60,358 nucleotides of DNA from IMG/VR virus record IMGVR_UViG_3300020439_001546, positions 1 through 60,358 of that record; one strand, 5' to 3'. Shown here in pieces: positions 1 through 10,014 of this stretch (its first letter is position 1; each line of letters opens with the position of its first letter). This DNA comes from a virus (lineage: Duplodnaviria; Caudoviricetes). The position numbers and the translations under genes are program-made. A model generated the notes under the pieces. That model saw only the letters and a program-made list of their open reading frames with translations. It was not told the origin of the DNA and searched no databases.

Positions 1-57
1 TCCTTTCGCCCTCTAAAGATTTAGGACTCGTTATGAAATTTCTAACTCTTTGATTTG

Positions 58-792
58 TCATTTTATTTCTTCATGCAATCCTTTGTCTGTACCTTCGTTT
101 TTCATAGCGTTCGCAAGATCTTCATAACATTCAAAGTTAAGGTAGTTCTGCCTCACTACAGACCTAGGCATAATTGTCACACCTTTAGCTGTAAAGATGC
201 AAGTTTGTTTCAAATGTTGATTTAAGGATTCATTGACAAAACTAAGCGAATTGCTGGGTAAAACGCTTCCTGCGTTTATATGAACGAAGTATTGGTAATT
301 AACTATTCTTTGGAAGGTTTCTTTTTCCACATCTCTAATGTTAGAAAGTACATGCGTAATAGATTCTGTCGGTACGCTTGATCTAGCTGTATCCACTGCG
401 TTCATAATCTGGTTTGCAGACCTTTTGAAATTTGAGCAAATAACAACTTTTATATTATCTTTCCTGTAGTCAACCTTGCATATACTATCAATTGTTTTTA
501 GTAAGTCTTCGTAATTGCAATCAACCAAATCGTTTACTATAATACCAAACGTTGGAGATACTTCATTAAGTGCTTTAGATACAAGATCTTCGCATGGTTC
601 TGCCCACTCAGACTCTCTTCTTATATTGCAGACTTGGTTTAGCTGCCACTGCTGATCTGCGGTAAATGTAGCTTTACCTAGAGCTTTAAGTCTTTCTAGC
701 CTGCCCGCCAAGCAGTATTGAGCATTTTCATCTACATAGAAAACACAACCAGAGCAGGTTTGCAGTTTAATTTTCTTTTGTTGTTGTTCCAA
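58..792 (-). CDS. hypothetical protein at end of glycosylation operon (possible degenerate GT-A fold)
   Basis: 244-aa ORF (TTG start) tightly coupled to upstream genes. 'FGIIVND...DLLKTIDSI' loosely resembles a GT2 N-terminus. Confidence 0.5.
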   Translation of the reverse strand: MEQQQKKIKLQTCSGCVFYVDENAQYCLAGRLERLKALGKATFTADQQWQLNQVCNIRRESEWAEPCEDLVSKALNEVSPTFGIIVNDLVDCNYEDLLKTIDSICKVDYRKDNIKVVICSNFKRSANQIMNAVDTARSSVPTESITHVLSNIRDVEKETFQRIVNYQYFVHINAGSVLPSNSLSFVNESLNQHLKQTCIFTAKGVTIMPRSVVRQNYLNFECYEDLANAMKNEGTDKGLHEEIK

Positions 793-797
793 GAGTC

Positions 798-1214
798 CTA
801 CCCTCTTACAGCTTTGACTTCATAATGCAGACCGTTGATAGTGGCAGACATGACTCTCAATCCAAACTGCTGAATTGCTTCAGAAACAACATTAGCCGAG
901 GCGACGGATCTTAAATTACTTATCACGCTGGAGGCTTCCTCAATGTCGAGCGAGCCGTTTGTTATCATTTTGGCCAACACTCTGCCATCTGTACCGCCGA
1001 CTACTAGCTCACCCCCTATACGCAGCTTGGATGCCATAGCTTTTATCAACTCTAAACGAGAGGTTGACGAGAAGCTATCAAAAATGTCGGAAGCCACAAT
1101 TGATTTGCATTGGTTGTCAACTATTTGTGTTAAATCAATATTGCCGTCCTCTATGAAAACATGCTGATAATTTTGAATTGGCTCTTGATCTTTTCTTAGT
1201 ATTTGTAATCTCAT
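798..1214 (-). CDS. hypothetical protein, methyltransferase-like fold fragment
   Basis: 'SIVASDIFDSF...LIKAMASKLRIGGELVV' resembles the C-terminal half of class I SAM methyltransferases. ATGA overlap with upstream gene. Confidence 0.45.
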   Translation of the reverse strand: MRLQILRKDQEPIQNYQHVFIEDGNIDLTQIVDNQCKSIVASDIFDSFSSTSRLELIKAMASKLRIGGELVVGGTDGRVLAKMITNGSLDIEEASSVISNLRSVASANVVSEAIQQFGLRVMSATINGLHYEVKAVRG

Positions 1215-2188
1215 ATTGTTACCCCGTAGGCTTTGTCAAAAATGTTGTTCCACTCTGTGATGAATCGGTCTTCTGAAAATTTTTCTTGAATTGTCTTTCT
1301 CGCGGCTTGTCCCATAGTCTTTGCCAACTCTTTGTCTCCTAGGAGCTGTTCAACATAACCCCTAAGTTCTGTTTCGTCATTGGACATAAACCCGTTTACA
1401 CCGTGTTCTATAATATTAGGTATATCACAAGTTTCCGTTGTCACAATAGCACAACCGCAAGACATAGCCTCCAACATAGAGGTTGGCACAGGACTCAAAG
1501 TGCTAGGGTTGATATATACAAGAGAACTTTGATATTCTTTTATTAACTCCTCCACAGATTCACTTTGCTTAGATAGCCCCTCTGTTTCTCCCACTACTTT
1601 TCTTGGTAGGCCAGAAGTTATCCTTTCCCACCCTTGGTAATTTAGGGCATAATCTCTATTAATAAAATCGTGTGCGACAGTGAGAACTCCGGCTCTTTCT
1701 GTCTCGTCACTTGGTTTAAACGTTTCAGAGTCAATAGAATGATATACAACCTCTCCCTGCATCCCCCACGCCTTCTTAGAGTGCTCTGTTATAAAAACGT
1801 CTATATCACCCTTCATATTTTGAAAGGCCGTTAGCTGCTCTCTGGGCCAGCTAGGGAGGGGTAGCGTGTGCTCTAGAGAAACAATGGGTATCTGAAGAGA
1901 ATGATTTATTTGCAACGCCGTTTGCATTTGGCCAAATTTACTATTCGACAAGATAAAGTCAAAAGTCACGGCTGGATACAATGAATTTTTTGGCAGCACA
2001 TAATAGTTTTCTGGCATGGGTGCATGTCCTGAAAACCAATCCTTACCGCCGTCGTACGTGAAAGCATAGAAGTTATGGCCAGTTTTAGCTAACTGAGTTT
2101 GGTATCTTTCATGGGTGTTGAAAGTTAATATGTTATACTGTTTATCAGTCTTCTGTACTTTCCTAATAATGTTTTGTGTTTTAAGCAT
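1211..2188 (-). CDS. glycosyltransferase family 4 (GT-B)
   Basis: C-terminal 'SMLEAMSCGCAIV...IIEHGVNGF...MGQAARKTIQEKFS' is the typical Glycos_transf_1 signature. Confidence 0.85.
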   Translation of the reverse strand: MLKTQNIIRKVQKTDKQYNILTFNTHERYQTQLAKTGHNFYAFTYDGGKDWFSGHAPMPENYYVLPKNSLYPAVTFDFILSNSKFGQMQTALQINHSLQIPIVSLEHTLPLPSWPREQLTAFQNMKGDIDVFITEHSKKAWGMQGEVVYHSIDSETFKPSDETERAGVLTVAHDFINRDYALNYQGWERITSGLPRKVVGETEGLSKQSESVEELIKEYQSSLVYINPSTLSPVPTSMLEAMSCGCAIVTTETCDIPNIIEHGVNGFMSNDETELRGYVEQLLGDKELAKTMGQAARKTIQEKFSEDRFITEWNNIFDKAYGVTI

Positions 2189-3311
2189 CGAGTTCCTCTT
2201 TCATAGTATTTCCAACTTGCTCAAAGTCAAAATCCTTGATGATTGACAGACCATCTTTTTGCGATGATTGCTCGTAACGTACTGGATTGTCTAACCAACT
2301 ACTGTAAGCGGTACGCATAGCAGATGTAACTTGTTTATGGCACGGGACAAAGTAGAAATCCTTTCCGAGATTTGTTTCTCCAGATCTATTTTTCTGAGTA
2401 TAACATTGAAACGCACCACTTATTAAGTTTTGTGAAGTCCTTTTTAGAGAGGTTGTGACCACATCTTTGTTCCCGCCAATATCGCTTGCTATCACGCTAC
2501 TACCAAATGCGTATGCATCTAGTACATGTATGGGCCAAGCATTTCCAGCGTCTAAACTAATAAAACAATCTCCATATTTATGAACAGTATTAAAATTGTC
2601 CATAGTATCGGATACGTCCGCCACAATGGTATCTTTACAGTACCTAGAAATATCTTTGTTTAATCCCAACTGACTTTTGACATCTATTGCAACTGAGTCA
2701 ATTTGCTGCTGCGTTAGGGCGTTTGAAACTAGGGTTAAGCAGACCTTTTCGGACTCATCAAACTCTGAATGAAAGCATGTTAAAATATGCCTAAGCTGGT
2801 TTATGTCAGATCCTATAATGGCGTAAAACTTAAACTTTCCTACGTTTTGAGGTACGGTTATATCCCTTGTTTGTTGCTGTGCTTTTTTAGCATCAAACGC
2901 AAACGGCACACACTTAAGTTCGGGCTTCTTCTCAATACCCGCAAAGGCGTTTTTCAAAAATTCTAAATTCTGAGTATTTGGAAGCCAGATCTCATCCAAC
3001 AAGCTCATTTTTTCTACCGCAGATGTATGACCTAGTTGCACAAAGTTTGTACCTAAAATTCCGACATTCTTTTTAAACTTGGACGTTCCAACAATATGTT
3101 CTGGGAAAACATGCTGTATACAGACATCTCGATCTTCCAGAGATTTTGACTCCAATGATTTAAACTTGGCATCAAGCTGCTTACTCTTGCCCATTGATAT
3201 GCCTTGACAGGCAACGTCTACGCCTGCTTTGTCTAGGGCTAGTATGTTGTTCCTTGTTATTTCGCCCCAATCACTATCTTCTTTATAATATCCTATATAT
3301 AATACCTTCAT
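2181..3311 (-). CDS. GT-B glycosyltransferase (divergent GT4-like)
   Basis: 'MKVLYIGYY' start and 'GDCFISL..GNAWPIHVLDAYAFGSSVIASDIGG' degenerate GT4 motif. Paralogous in layout to 40675..41721. Confidence 0.65.
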   Translation of the reverse strand: MKVLYIGYYKEDSDWGEITRNNILALDKAGVDVACQGISMGKSKQLDAKFKSLESKSLEDRDVCIQHVFPEHIVGTSKFKKNVGILGTNFVQLGHTSAVEKMSLLDEIWLPNTQNLEFLKNAFAGIEKKPELKCVPFAFDAKKAQQQTRDITVPQNVGKFKFYAIIGSDINQLRHILTCFHSEFDESEKVCLTLVSNALTQQQIDSVAIDVKSQLGLNKDISRYCKDTIVADVSDTMDNFNTVHKYGDCFISLDAGNAWPIHVLDAYAFGSSVIASDIGGNKDVVTTSLKRTSQNLISGAFQCYTQKNRSGETNLGKDFYFVPCHKQVTSAMRTAYSSWLDNPVRYEQSSQKDGLSIIKDFDFEQVGNTMKEELDA

Positions 3312-4069
3312 ATCTGTCCTTCTAAATTATAGTGTTCAATGAACTTCATACCCGCCGTGTTAAAATCCCCATGAAAACCAAATGAGTTATAACTAAACAA
3401 CACTGTTCTCGCAAAATTTCCGTGCGGTGTGGGGTGTTCTTTGGAAAATTGTGCTGCAAGATTTGGCGGTGCAAATTTGATCCCTGCGGAGGTCATGGTG
3501 TCATGGTTGAAAACACAAATGTTGAGGTCTTCGTTCTTATGTTGCCAGCCTAACTTGGCTGATTCTTCAACAAACTTGCGTGTTCTCAGGGAAAATCCTC
3601 CGTTGCCAACAACGTTCGGAATTTTCTCTATGCGACCAGCAACCATGTCGCTCGCTTGTATTATATTCATCGGCCAAGGAGCACCTATATAATCATACTT
3701 TAGGAATCGGTTATCCCATTTGCCGATATCTATTATAGTCGAATCATGCTGAACATTCAAACAAAAATCATCTAAAATATACTTATTTGTCTGTTGAACA
3801 AAAGATTCGCAGAATCCTATACGATTCTTATCATCATCCTGCATGTTATCGTTAAGTTCTACATGCATGTCACAGACTTCGATACTGTGTTTGTTGATAA
3901 TATCTTCAAACAAGCTAAGGTCTGTTTTGGAGCTGTCGGTAATCAGTACGGATTTTTTAAATCTTACTTGATCTAAAGCAATCAGCATAGATCTTAACGA
4001 TTTTCTAACATGCTCTTCTCCCCAACAAAAAGTGAAGAGGCACACATCCGGTAAAGATAATTTAGTCAT
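3308..4069 (-). CDS. DUF5672-like protein (GT-A-like)
   Basis: Motifs 'QHDS..I', 'FLKYDYIGAPW', 'VGNGGFSLR', 'NED' and 'FGFHG'. Confidence 0.7.
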   Translation of the reverse strand: MTKLSLPDVCLFTFCWGEEHVRKSLRSMLIALDQVRFKKSVLITDSSKTDLSLFEDIINKHSIEVCDMHVELNDNMQDDDKNRIGFCESFVQQTNKYILDDFCLNVQHDSTIIDIGKWDNRFLKYDYIGAPWPMNIIQASDMVAGRIEKIPNVVGNGGFSLRTRKFVEESAKLGWQHKNEDLNICVFNHDTMTSAGIKFAPPNLAAQFSKEHPTPHGNFARTVLFSYNSFGFHGDFNTAGMKFIEHYNLEGQI

Positions 4070-4670
4070 TTCTTTTTAAAACCCCTAGTCCGTTGGGATC
4101 ATTTGTATGCCACTCATGAATCTCCCAGTTTGGATTGCCCTCTAGAAATTCATCAATTGCACGTTGCATACCTTCGTAGTGCTTTGTTTTATCCCCGTAG
4201 TGACTTTCACCCTTGTGTGCAAACAAAACCACGTCGTGTAAGGCAATGTATTTTTTTACTTTTGATGCGTGTAAATCAAGTTCTGCTTTCAAATGATCGT
4301 AGCAGTGCCAAGTGTCAATAAAAAGAAAATCTGTTTCTTCAATCTCAATATCCAAAGTGCTTTGATTCCAAAACGAAAATTCCTTTTCCAACGCATCGGC
4401 TAGCTCGTGCAACAACAAAAGGCTTTTAGGTGTTTGATCCCAACCTTCTAAATCATGAGGGTTTCTAATATCAACAGAAATAATTTTATCCACAGAGGAT
4501 TTTAGAAAAGCCCAAGTAGAAACTACACCTCGGATGCCAAACTCATAAGCCGACGAGCACTCATTTAATAGTCTAAGTAAAATAGGTAGATGTTCCGAAA
4601 TGTCACTTTTCCTAAGAAGTTCTATTTTATAGTATCTATCCACTAAGGCCTGTGCTTCTTTTTTATCCAT
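4062..4670 (-). CDS. class I SAM-dependent methyltransferase (Methyltransf_24-like)
   Basis: Motifs 'EFGIRGVVST', 'DFLFIDTWHCY' and 'YIALHD'. Confidence 0.75.
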   Translation of the reverse strand: MDKKEAQALVDRYYKIELLRKSDISEHLPILLRLLNECSSAYEFGIRGVVSTWAFLKSSVDKIISVDIRNPHDLEGWDQTPKSLLLLHELADALEKEFSFWNQSTLDIEIEETDFLFIDTWHCYDHLKAELDLHASKVKKYIALHDVVLFAHKGESHYGDKTKHYEGMQRAIDEFLEGNPNWEIHEWHTNDPNGLGVLKRND

Positions 4671-5415
4671 TCATCTTCTCCAATTTTTCTCTCATGGTTT
4701 TATCGTCACAACCTAATTTTTTTCTACCGGCATCACCATTAATGTAAATATTTGGTAAGTGGTGAATAAGGTTTTCGTCAAACTCTGAGATGCATATTAA
4801 TTTTTTAAGGAAACAGTTTTCGTATATCTCTGTGTTGACCCTGCATTTATAACTATATCGGTTTTTTTCTGTTATGAACTGCGTGATATCATATAGGTGC
4901 ATAATATCTAGTAATTTTTGCTTTGATATCAAGAAAGATGCTTGATGGACATTAGTGAAGTGGGCGAACTTTTTACCTTCATAAATTTCTACGGAATCAA
5001 AATCCCAGTCGTAGTGGGCGTGAAGGGCAGGATACCATTTACCTTGTTCGTTTTCTTCGTATTGAATTAAGCCGCTAATCTTATTCGAGGGTAAAACCTG
5101 TTCGTATTCTATATACTTGTCTAGATGGCTTTCCTTCCATAGGTGGTCATTTTCGGAAAAAATTATGTAGTCATACTTGTAAGCTTTGTCGGCAATAGTA
5201 GTTCTACACGTTAAAGGTAGAAGCTCATAGTCATCCATGCTAATCAGTATTTCTTTAACGCCCTGTATACCTAGCTCTATATTTGTATGGACAAAGATAT
5301 CAACGTCGTATTTTTTAAACGACTGAAACTCTGACACTACTTGCTTGAGATAGGATATTTGTTCGTCGCCGTAGTTTACTAAGACAACTAGTAGGGACTT
5401 ATTTCCAGTACTCAT
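4663..5415 (-). CDS. hypothetical protein, probable glycosyltransferase-like
   Basis: ORF within the glycan operon with a 'YDYIIFSENDH' DxD-like region. Start moved to the ATG at 5415 to reduce overlap. Confidence 0.5.
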   Translation of the reverse strand: MSTGNKSLLVVLVNYGDEQISYLKQVVSEFQSFKKYDVDIFVHTNIELGIQGVKEILISMDDYELLPLTCRTTIADKAYKYDYIIFSENDHLWKESHLDKYIEYEQVLPSNKISGLIQYEENEQGKWYPALHAHYDWDFDSVEIYEGKKFAHFTNVHQASFLISKQKLLDIMHLYDITQFITEKNRYSYKCRVNTEIYENCFLKKLICISEFDENLIHHLPNIYINGDAGRKKLGCDDKTMREKLEKMNG

Positions 5416-6400
5416 AGATTCCTTTGGTAACTTCATAGTCCATAAGTTTCTGAGATCTTTGTGGTTGGGACATAGCCCACTTGAACATCATGTCGATCAA
5501 ATCCTCCAGATCTGTTTCGTCTACAAAACCAAGAAGATCCTTAGCTAAGTCGTGACTACAATGAGCGTGCTTAACTTCGTGGCGAGGTTCTACATACTGT
5601 TTTTCTGCTTTGAAGCCGTTTTTAAGGGCGACTCTTTGCACTGTATCAGCAAGCTCGTTGATCGAATATGTTTTGTCGGCACCTAAATTAAAGAGGTGTC
5701 CGCTGAACGAATCAATAAGTTTTTCAAACGGTGCCATGTAGTACTTCACATCGGAAAACGCACGGGTTTGCTCGCCATCACCATAAATTAACATAGGCTC
5801 TCCAGCCAACACTCGACGAATAAAAATGCCAGCTACGTTACGATACTTGTCCCAAATGTTTTGGTAAATACCCACGATATTGTGGGGTCTAATAATAGTA
5901 TATTCGAGACCGTGTTGCTCGTGTGCAACCTTAATGTCTTGCTCCACACAGTATTTTGCTATACCGTATGGATCTATAGGTGCGGGTGCCATTCTCTCAA
6001 AAAATGGAGGATGGTGACGACCGTAAGTAGCCATTGAAGATGTAAAGATTAATTTTGAGTCAGAGTTGATGCAAGCATTAATGACGTTGGCACTGGCTAG
6101 TATGTTATTGGTGTAATTAAAGTGTCTTATGAAGGGCGATAAACCTTCTGCTGCGTATGCTGCAAAGTGATAACAAGCAATCGGTTTTTCTGTCTCAAAG
6201 ATATGGTTTAGTCTATTTAGAGATTCAGCCTCAGATAAGTTAAACGGGCAGAACTCAAAGTTCTCATGGTCGGCCAGATAATCTTCGTAGCCACCGCTAA
6301 GGTCATCAATACCAACAACCTTATAACCAGCTGACAGTAGGTGCCTGCTAAAGTGGGCACCAAGTAATCCTGCACAACCAGTAATCACAACCGATCTCAT
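5399..6400 (-). CDS. NAD-dependent nucleotide-sugar epimerase/dehydratase (extended SDR)
   Basis: TGCAGLLG Rossmann motif, 'IDDLSGG', 'HFAA', 'TSS', and YGIAK (YxxxK). Start at 6400 gives an ATGA overlap. Confidence 0.92.
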   Translation of the reverse strand: MRSVVITGCAGLLGAHFSRHLLSAGYKVVGIDDLSGGYEDYLADHENFEFCPFNLSEAESLNRLNHIFETEKPIACYHFAAYAAEGLSPFIRHFNYTNNILASANVINACINSDSKLIFTSSMATYGRHHPPFFERMAPAPIDPYGIAKYCVEQDIKVAHEQHGLEYTIIRPHNIVGIYQNIWDKYRNVAGIFIRRVLAGEPMLIYGDGEQTRAFSDVKYYMAPFEKLIDSFSGHLFNLGADKTYSINELADTVQRVALKNGFKAEKQYVEPRHEVKHAHCSHDLAKDLLGFVDETDLEDLIDMMFKWAMSQPQRSQKLMDYEVTKGIYEYWK

Positions 6401-8082
6401 TGAATGATACCTCTTTCTTTCATTGTCTGTATTCTCTTCTCTTCCCAATTATTTCTTCTTATACATTGACCATGCATTTGATTGTAGGCCATGTCGAAAT
6501 TAAACTCTTGACGGTTATTAACCCCATCAAACGCTTGACTAGATTCATTAAAGTACATACCACCTGTGGAGCCGGTAGCACTCTTATAAAGAAGGTCTCT
6601 AGTAAGTCTTGCTTCAAAGAAACTGTTTAGTTTGCTGGGATCACCTAAAACTTTTTCTATCAACCATCTCGATATATCTGTCGTAGCTGCCTGTTGCAGT
6701 GTTTCTTCTGGAGGGCGAGCTTCTGGTTGATGAATACGTGGAGGAGAAGCCCAAGTACGCTCTATTGGCAATGGTTCAAAGCTATCAAAGAATTTCTCCC
6801 ATTGAGATCCGCTAAGGTGCCATTGATAATATTTGTTGAAGCTCTCTCTTGTTTTTTTGCCCATGCTATGTCTTTCTTCTTCGCTTTTAGAGAAAAACTC
6901 AGCAAAGATTGCGGCGGCGGCATCGTTATCAGGAACCGCTCTGAGGCACCCTGTTTCTAACTCTTTATACAGAGCCGCAGGTTTAATTGGGTAGCCTTCT
7001 AGCTTTCTGAGCACGCTCTCCATAGCGGAGTAGTCCGTACCGCACACCGGAACCCCGCAGGCGGCGGCTTCTACCTGCGGCAAGCCAAACCCTTCACAGT
7101 TAGCATACTGAGTATATAAGTCAAATAAATTAATAATATCCGACAAATCTTCATATGAAGCACCGTTCCTGACATTAGAAAGTGTGCTTCCCCACTTGCC
7201 TGTAAACGGTGATTGCGTTACAGCACCTTTAAACAGCGAGGGGAAGGGTTTTTGCGTCTCGGGACATATGTATGTGAACAGGACATTGGAGGACAAATCA
7301 TTTTCTATAATAAGCTCCGGAATGTCCCACCCCAAATCAGGATAAGAAGTGTGGCAGTAGAGGTAGTATCGCTTATCCTCTGATTGGTCTAAGAATTTCT
7401 TAAACGCCTTAAAGAGGTCGGGGTATAGTTTGCGTCTCTGATTACGCATGACAGTTCCGATAATTTTATAATCTGGATTGATTCCATACTTTAGCTTATG
7501 TGCCTTCTTGTCTTCTACCGGTTTGTATGCGGGATGAGCTGACGGAGGAGCAGAGCCTATATAGTTAATTTTGCCGCCAGACTGATCCTGTAGAATACCT
7601 CCCGCCCAATCTGAATAAGTGAGACAGGCGTCGGCAGATTGATAGGTCGCTATCCACTGTCTAGCCTGCGGTCTTGCGTCAACCGTGGGCATCACGCACC
7701 ACTTGAAAAATGGTCGATAAGGGCTTCGCTCTGCAAAATCAAGCATCCAAAAGTCGCGAATATCGCAAACAACGTCAGGCATAAAGTCCAAGCAGACGTG
7801 TTCAAATATCCACTCGCCAAACTGGTTGGTACCAGAAGCGTTGTAGGCATCTAGCTCTTCTTTTGTGGCCCTTGGTTCAAACTCTGTATTCGGTGCCACT
7901 CCGTAATATTTCCACGGGATAGAAGAAGCTCGTGGGTCGTTTCGCTGTCCATAAGAACCCATTTCAGCCAATTCGTATTTTCCAGTGCTATGAAGATAAT
8001 TCAATATTTCCCTAGTATAGGTTGCATAGCCAGTATTTAGAAAAGTGGCTTCACTACAGAACAGTATGCGTTTTTTTCTCAT
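6397..8082 (-). CDS. glycosyltransferase family 4
   Basis: 'RNQRRK' and 'EGFGLPQVEAAACGVPV' GT4 signature. Confidence 0.88.
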   Translation of the reverse strand: MRKKRILFCSEATFLNTGYATYTREILNYLHSTGKYELAEMGSYGQRNDPRASSIPWKYYGVAPNTEFEPRATKEELDAYNASGTNQFGEWIFEHVCLDFMPDVVCDIRDFWMLDFAERSPYRPFFKWCVMPTVDARPQARQWIATYQSADACLTYSDWAGGILQDQSGGKINYIGSAPPSAHPAYKPVEDKKAHKLKYGINPDYKIIGTVMRNQRRKLYPDLFKAFKKFLDQSEDKRYYLYCHTSYPDLGWDIPELIIENDLSSNVLFTYICPETQKPFPSLFKGAVTQSPFTGKWGSTLSNVRNGASYEDLSDIINLFDLYTQYANCEGFGLPQVEAAACGVPVCGTDYSAMESVLRKLEGYPIKPAALYKELETGCLRAVPDNDAAAAIFAEFFSKSEEERHSMGKKTRESFNKYYQWHLSGSQWEKFFDSFEPLPIERTWASPPRIHQPEARPPEETLQQAATTDISRWLIEKVLGDPSKLNSFFEARLTRDLLYKSATGSTGGMYFNESSQAFDGVNNRQEFNFDMAYNQMHGQCIRRNNWEEKRIQTMKERGIIQ

Positions 8083-8083
8083 T

Positions 8084-8395
8084 TTATTCCTTGTCTAAAC
8101 ATCCAAAGTCGAATTGATTTACTCTAAATACGATCAGACTGTCGTCTTCCGGCTCCATGTTCCTAGCAGAGGCATTTACAGTTACTTTCATGCCCTCTTT
8201 GCCAAGCTTGGCAATTGTTCTTCCACCACTGTCCCACGCCCTAAGTCTAAGAAATGTGGGGTATCTTTTCTTCTCACCTCTTTTATTTCTTACATACTCA
8301 TATGTAATTAAGGTGAACTCACAATACTCCGTATATTCATCTCTTTTTATTTCTGGGTCATCGTATAGATACCCAGTAAAAACACAGTTATTCAT
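8084..8395 (-). CDS. single-stranded DNA-binding (OB-fold) protein, short and divergent
   Basis: 'MNNCVFTGYLYDDPE...F.L....TF..L.AWD...I....GM.V.V' follows the SSB pattern. No acidic tail. Confidence 0.6.
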   Translation of the reverse strand: MNNCVFTGYLYDDPEIKRDEYTEYCEFTLITYEYVRNKRGEKKRYPTFLRLRAWDSGGRTIAKLGKEGMKVTVNASARNMEPEDDSLIVFRVNQFDFGCLDKE

Positions 8396-8443
8396 ACTGT
8401 CTCCTTTATACCGTATAATAGTCTATACGGACATATAATACCA

Positions 8444-10003
8444 TTATATTTCATGAATTTTATTAACAATAAATGAGTTATCCTTCGACACATCTCCACA
8501 AAGTAGCAGGTTGTTACCTTCGTAAATTATGTACTGATATTTGTCTCGGGTTTCTGGGAAAACAACTACACTATCTAGGCAACAGGTATTGTCTTCAATT
8601 GTGAGGAACGCCATTTTGCGACCCTTTGTTTTGCCCTTTTTAACTGTAGTGGTAGCAACTCTATTGACATTTGCAGCAATACACAAGTCCTTGCCGGTTT
8701 TACCGTTTAGAACATCTTTGCATAAAGTGTTTGCGATTGATGTATCCGCTGCGTCGATACGGGACAAAGATACTGGGCATCCAAGAAACTTGTTTTCCTG
8801 CTCAATGATCCAAGCTGGGTCATCTTCTAAGCTGTAGGGGGGATTGTTGATGAAGTTGGCTTCATTACTAACAATCTGAGATCTATCAGTCTTGCTAGTA
8901 CCTCCACCCTCTTTCTTGGTCGGAGCTAAATCTATAAAACAATCATACAGATTTGTCCACCTCTTTTTAGGGTAGTTGTTAATCACCCAATTAGTTTCGG
9001 CTTTAGTTAGCTCTCTAAAGATTAAATACTCGTATAAAGCCTTATTTCTGGACGTGTTTGTAGCCTTTGTAGAAAAGAACCCAATAGAGCACAACGCTTT
9101 GAAAGCTGTTGCATTGATCTTTGGTGAAAGATAGACAATAATGTCCATCCATGAGAAATCTCTTGGGGACTTGTTGATCTCTTCAGAGGTTTCCTCAATA
9201 GCCTTGATAACCTTATCTCCAGTCACACCAGTAAGAGATTTAATATCTTTGACTCCAAAATAAATACCATCTTCTTGAATGTTAAACTTAACACCAAAAG
9301 AAGAAATCTTTGGTATCTTAACCTCAAGATCAAATAGCTTGGCCTCTGACACTAATTCGTAAATTTCTTGATGTGGGTCTTGCTTCTCATTCGCATAGTA
9401 TAGGTAGGACAAAAAGAACTCTTTAGTGTTATTCGCCTTATACCAAGCAGACCAGAATGAGTTGACAGCATAAGCTACCGCATGGGACTTGTTAAAGGAA
9501 TATCTGGATGACTTCTCAATCCAGCCAAAAATTTCGGATGCGGTATCTCCGTCAACCAAACCAACTGATTCACAACCATCAACAAAGTCGCCCCTAATTG
9601 AAGCCATGAGTTCAGCATCTTTCTTACCAATGGCTTTACGCAAATCGTCCGCTTTCTTCAGGTCAAATCCAGCCAGCTTTTGAGCTATAAGCATGGACTG
9701 CTCTTGATACACAAGAACTCCGTAGGTAGGCTTCAGTATATTTTCTAGCGATTCGTGAAGATAGCTAACTTCTTCTTCTTTGTGTTTTCTATCTACGAAA
9801 CGCTGAGTCATAGACTTGCCGTCAATAATAGCTTTCAAACAACCCGGCCTAATTAGTGCAATAAGTGCGGCTAATTCCTCAAGGTTCTCTGGTGCTAACC
9901 TCTTGGACCAAGCACGCCCAAGATTGCTTTCTAGTTGGAACACTCCTTTGGTAAGACCGTCTTTGAAGAGATTCCAAGTTTTCTCATCTGTATAATCAAT
10001 CAT
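8444..10003 (-). CDS. dnaE: DNA polymerase III alpha, C-terminal part (fingers, HhH, OB)
   Basis: Motifs 'GVFQLES', 'ALIRPG', 'TYGVLVYQEQ', 'ADDLRKAIGKK', 'YSFNKSHA', and OB fold 'MAFLTIED'. Confidence 0.93.
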   Translation of the reverse strand: MIDYTDEKTWNLFKDGLTKGVFQLESNLGRAWSKRLAPENLEELAALIALIRPGCLKAIIDGKSMTQRFVDRKHKEEEVSYLHESLENILKPTYGVLVYQEQSMLIAQKLAGFDLKKADDLRKAIGKKDAELMASIRGDFVDGCESVGLVDGDTASEIFGWIEKSSRYSFNKSHAVAYAVNSFWSAWYKANNTKEFFLSYLYYANEKQDPHQEIYELVSEAKLFDLEVKIPKISSFGVKFNIQEDGIYFGVKDIKSLTGVTGDKVIKAIEETSEEINKSPRDFSWMDIIVYLSPKINATAFKALCSIGFFSTKATNTSRNKALYEYLIFRELTKAETNWVINNYPKKRWTNLYDCFIDLAPTKKEGGGTSKTDRSQIVSNEANFINNPPYSLEDDPAWIIEQENKFLGCPVSLSRIDAADTSIANTLCKDVLNGKTGKDLCIAANVNRVATTTVKKGKTKGRKMAFLTIEDNTCCLDSVVVFPETRDKYQYIIYEGNNLLLCGDVSKDNSFIVNKIHEI

Positions 10004-10014
10004 TTAATTCAACT

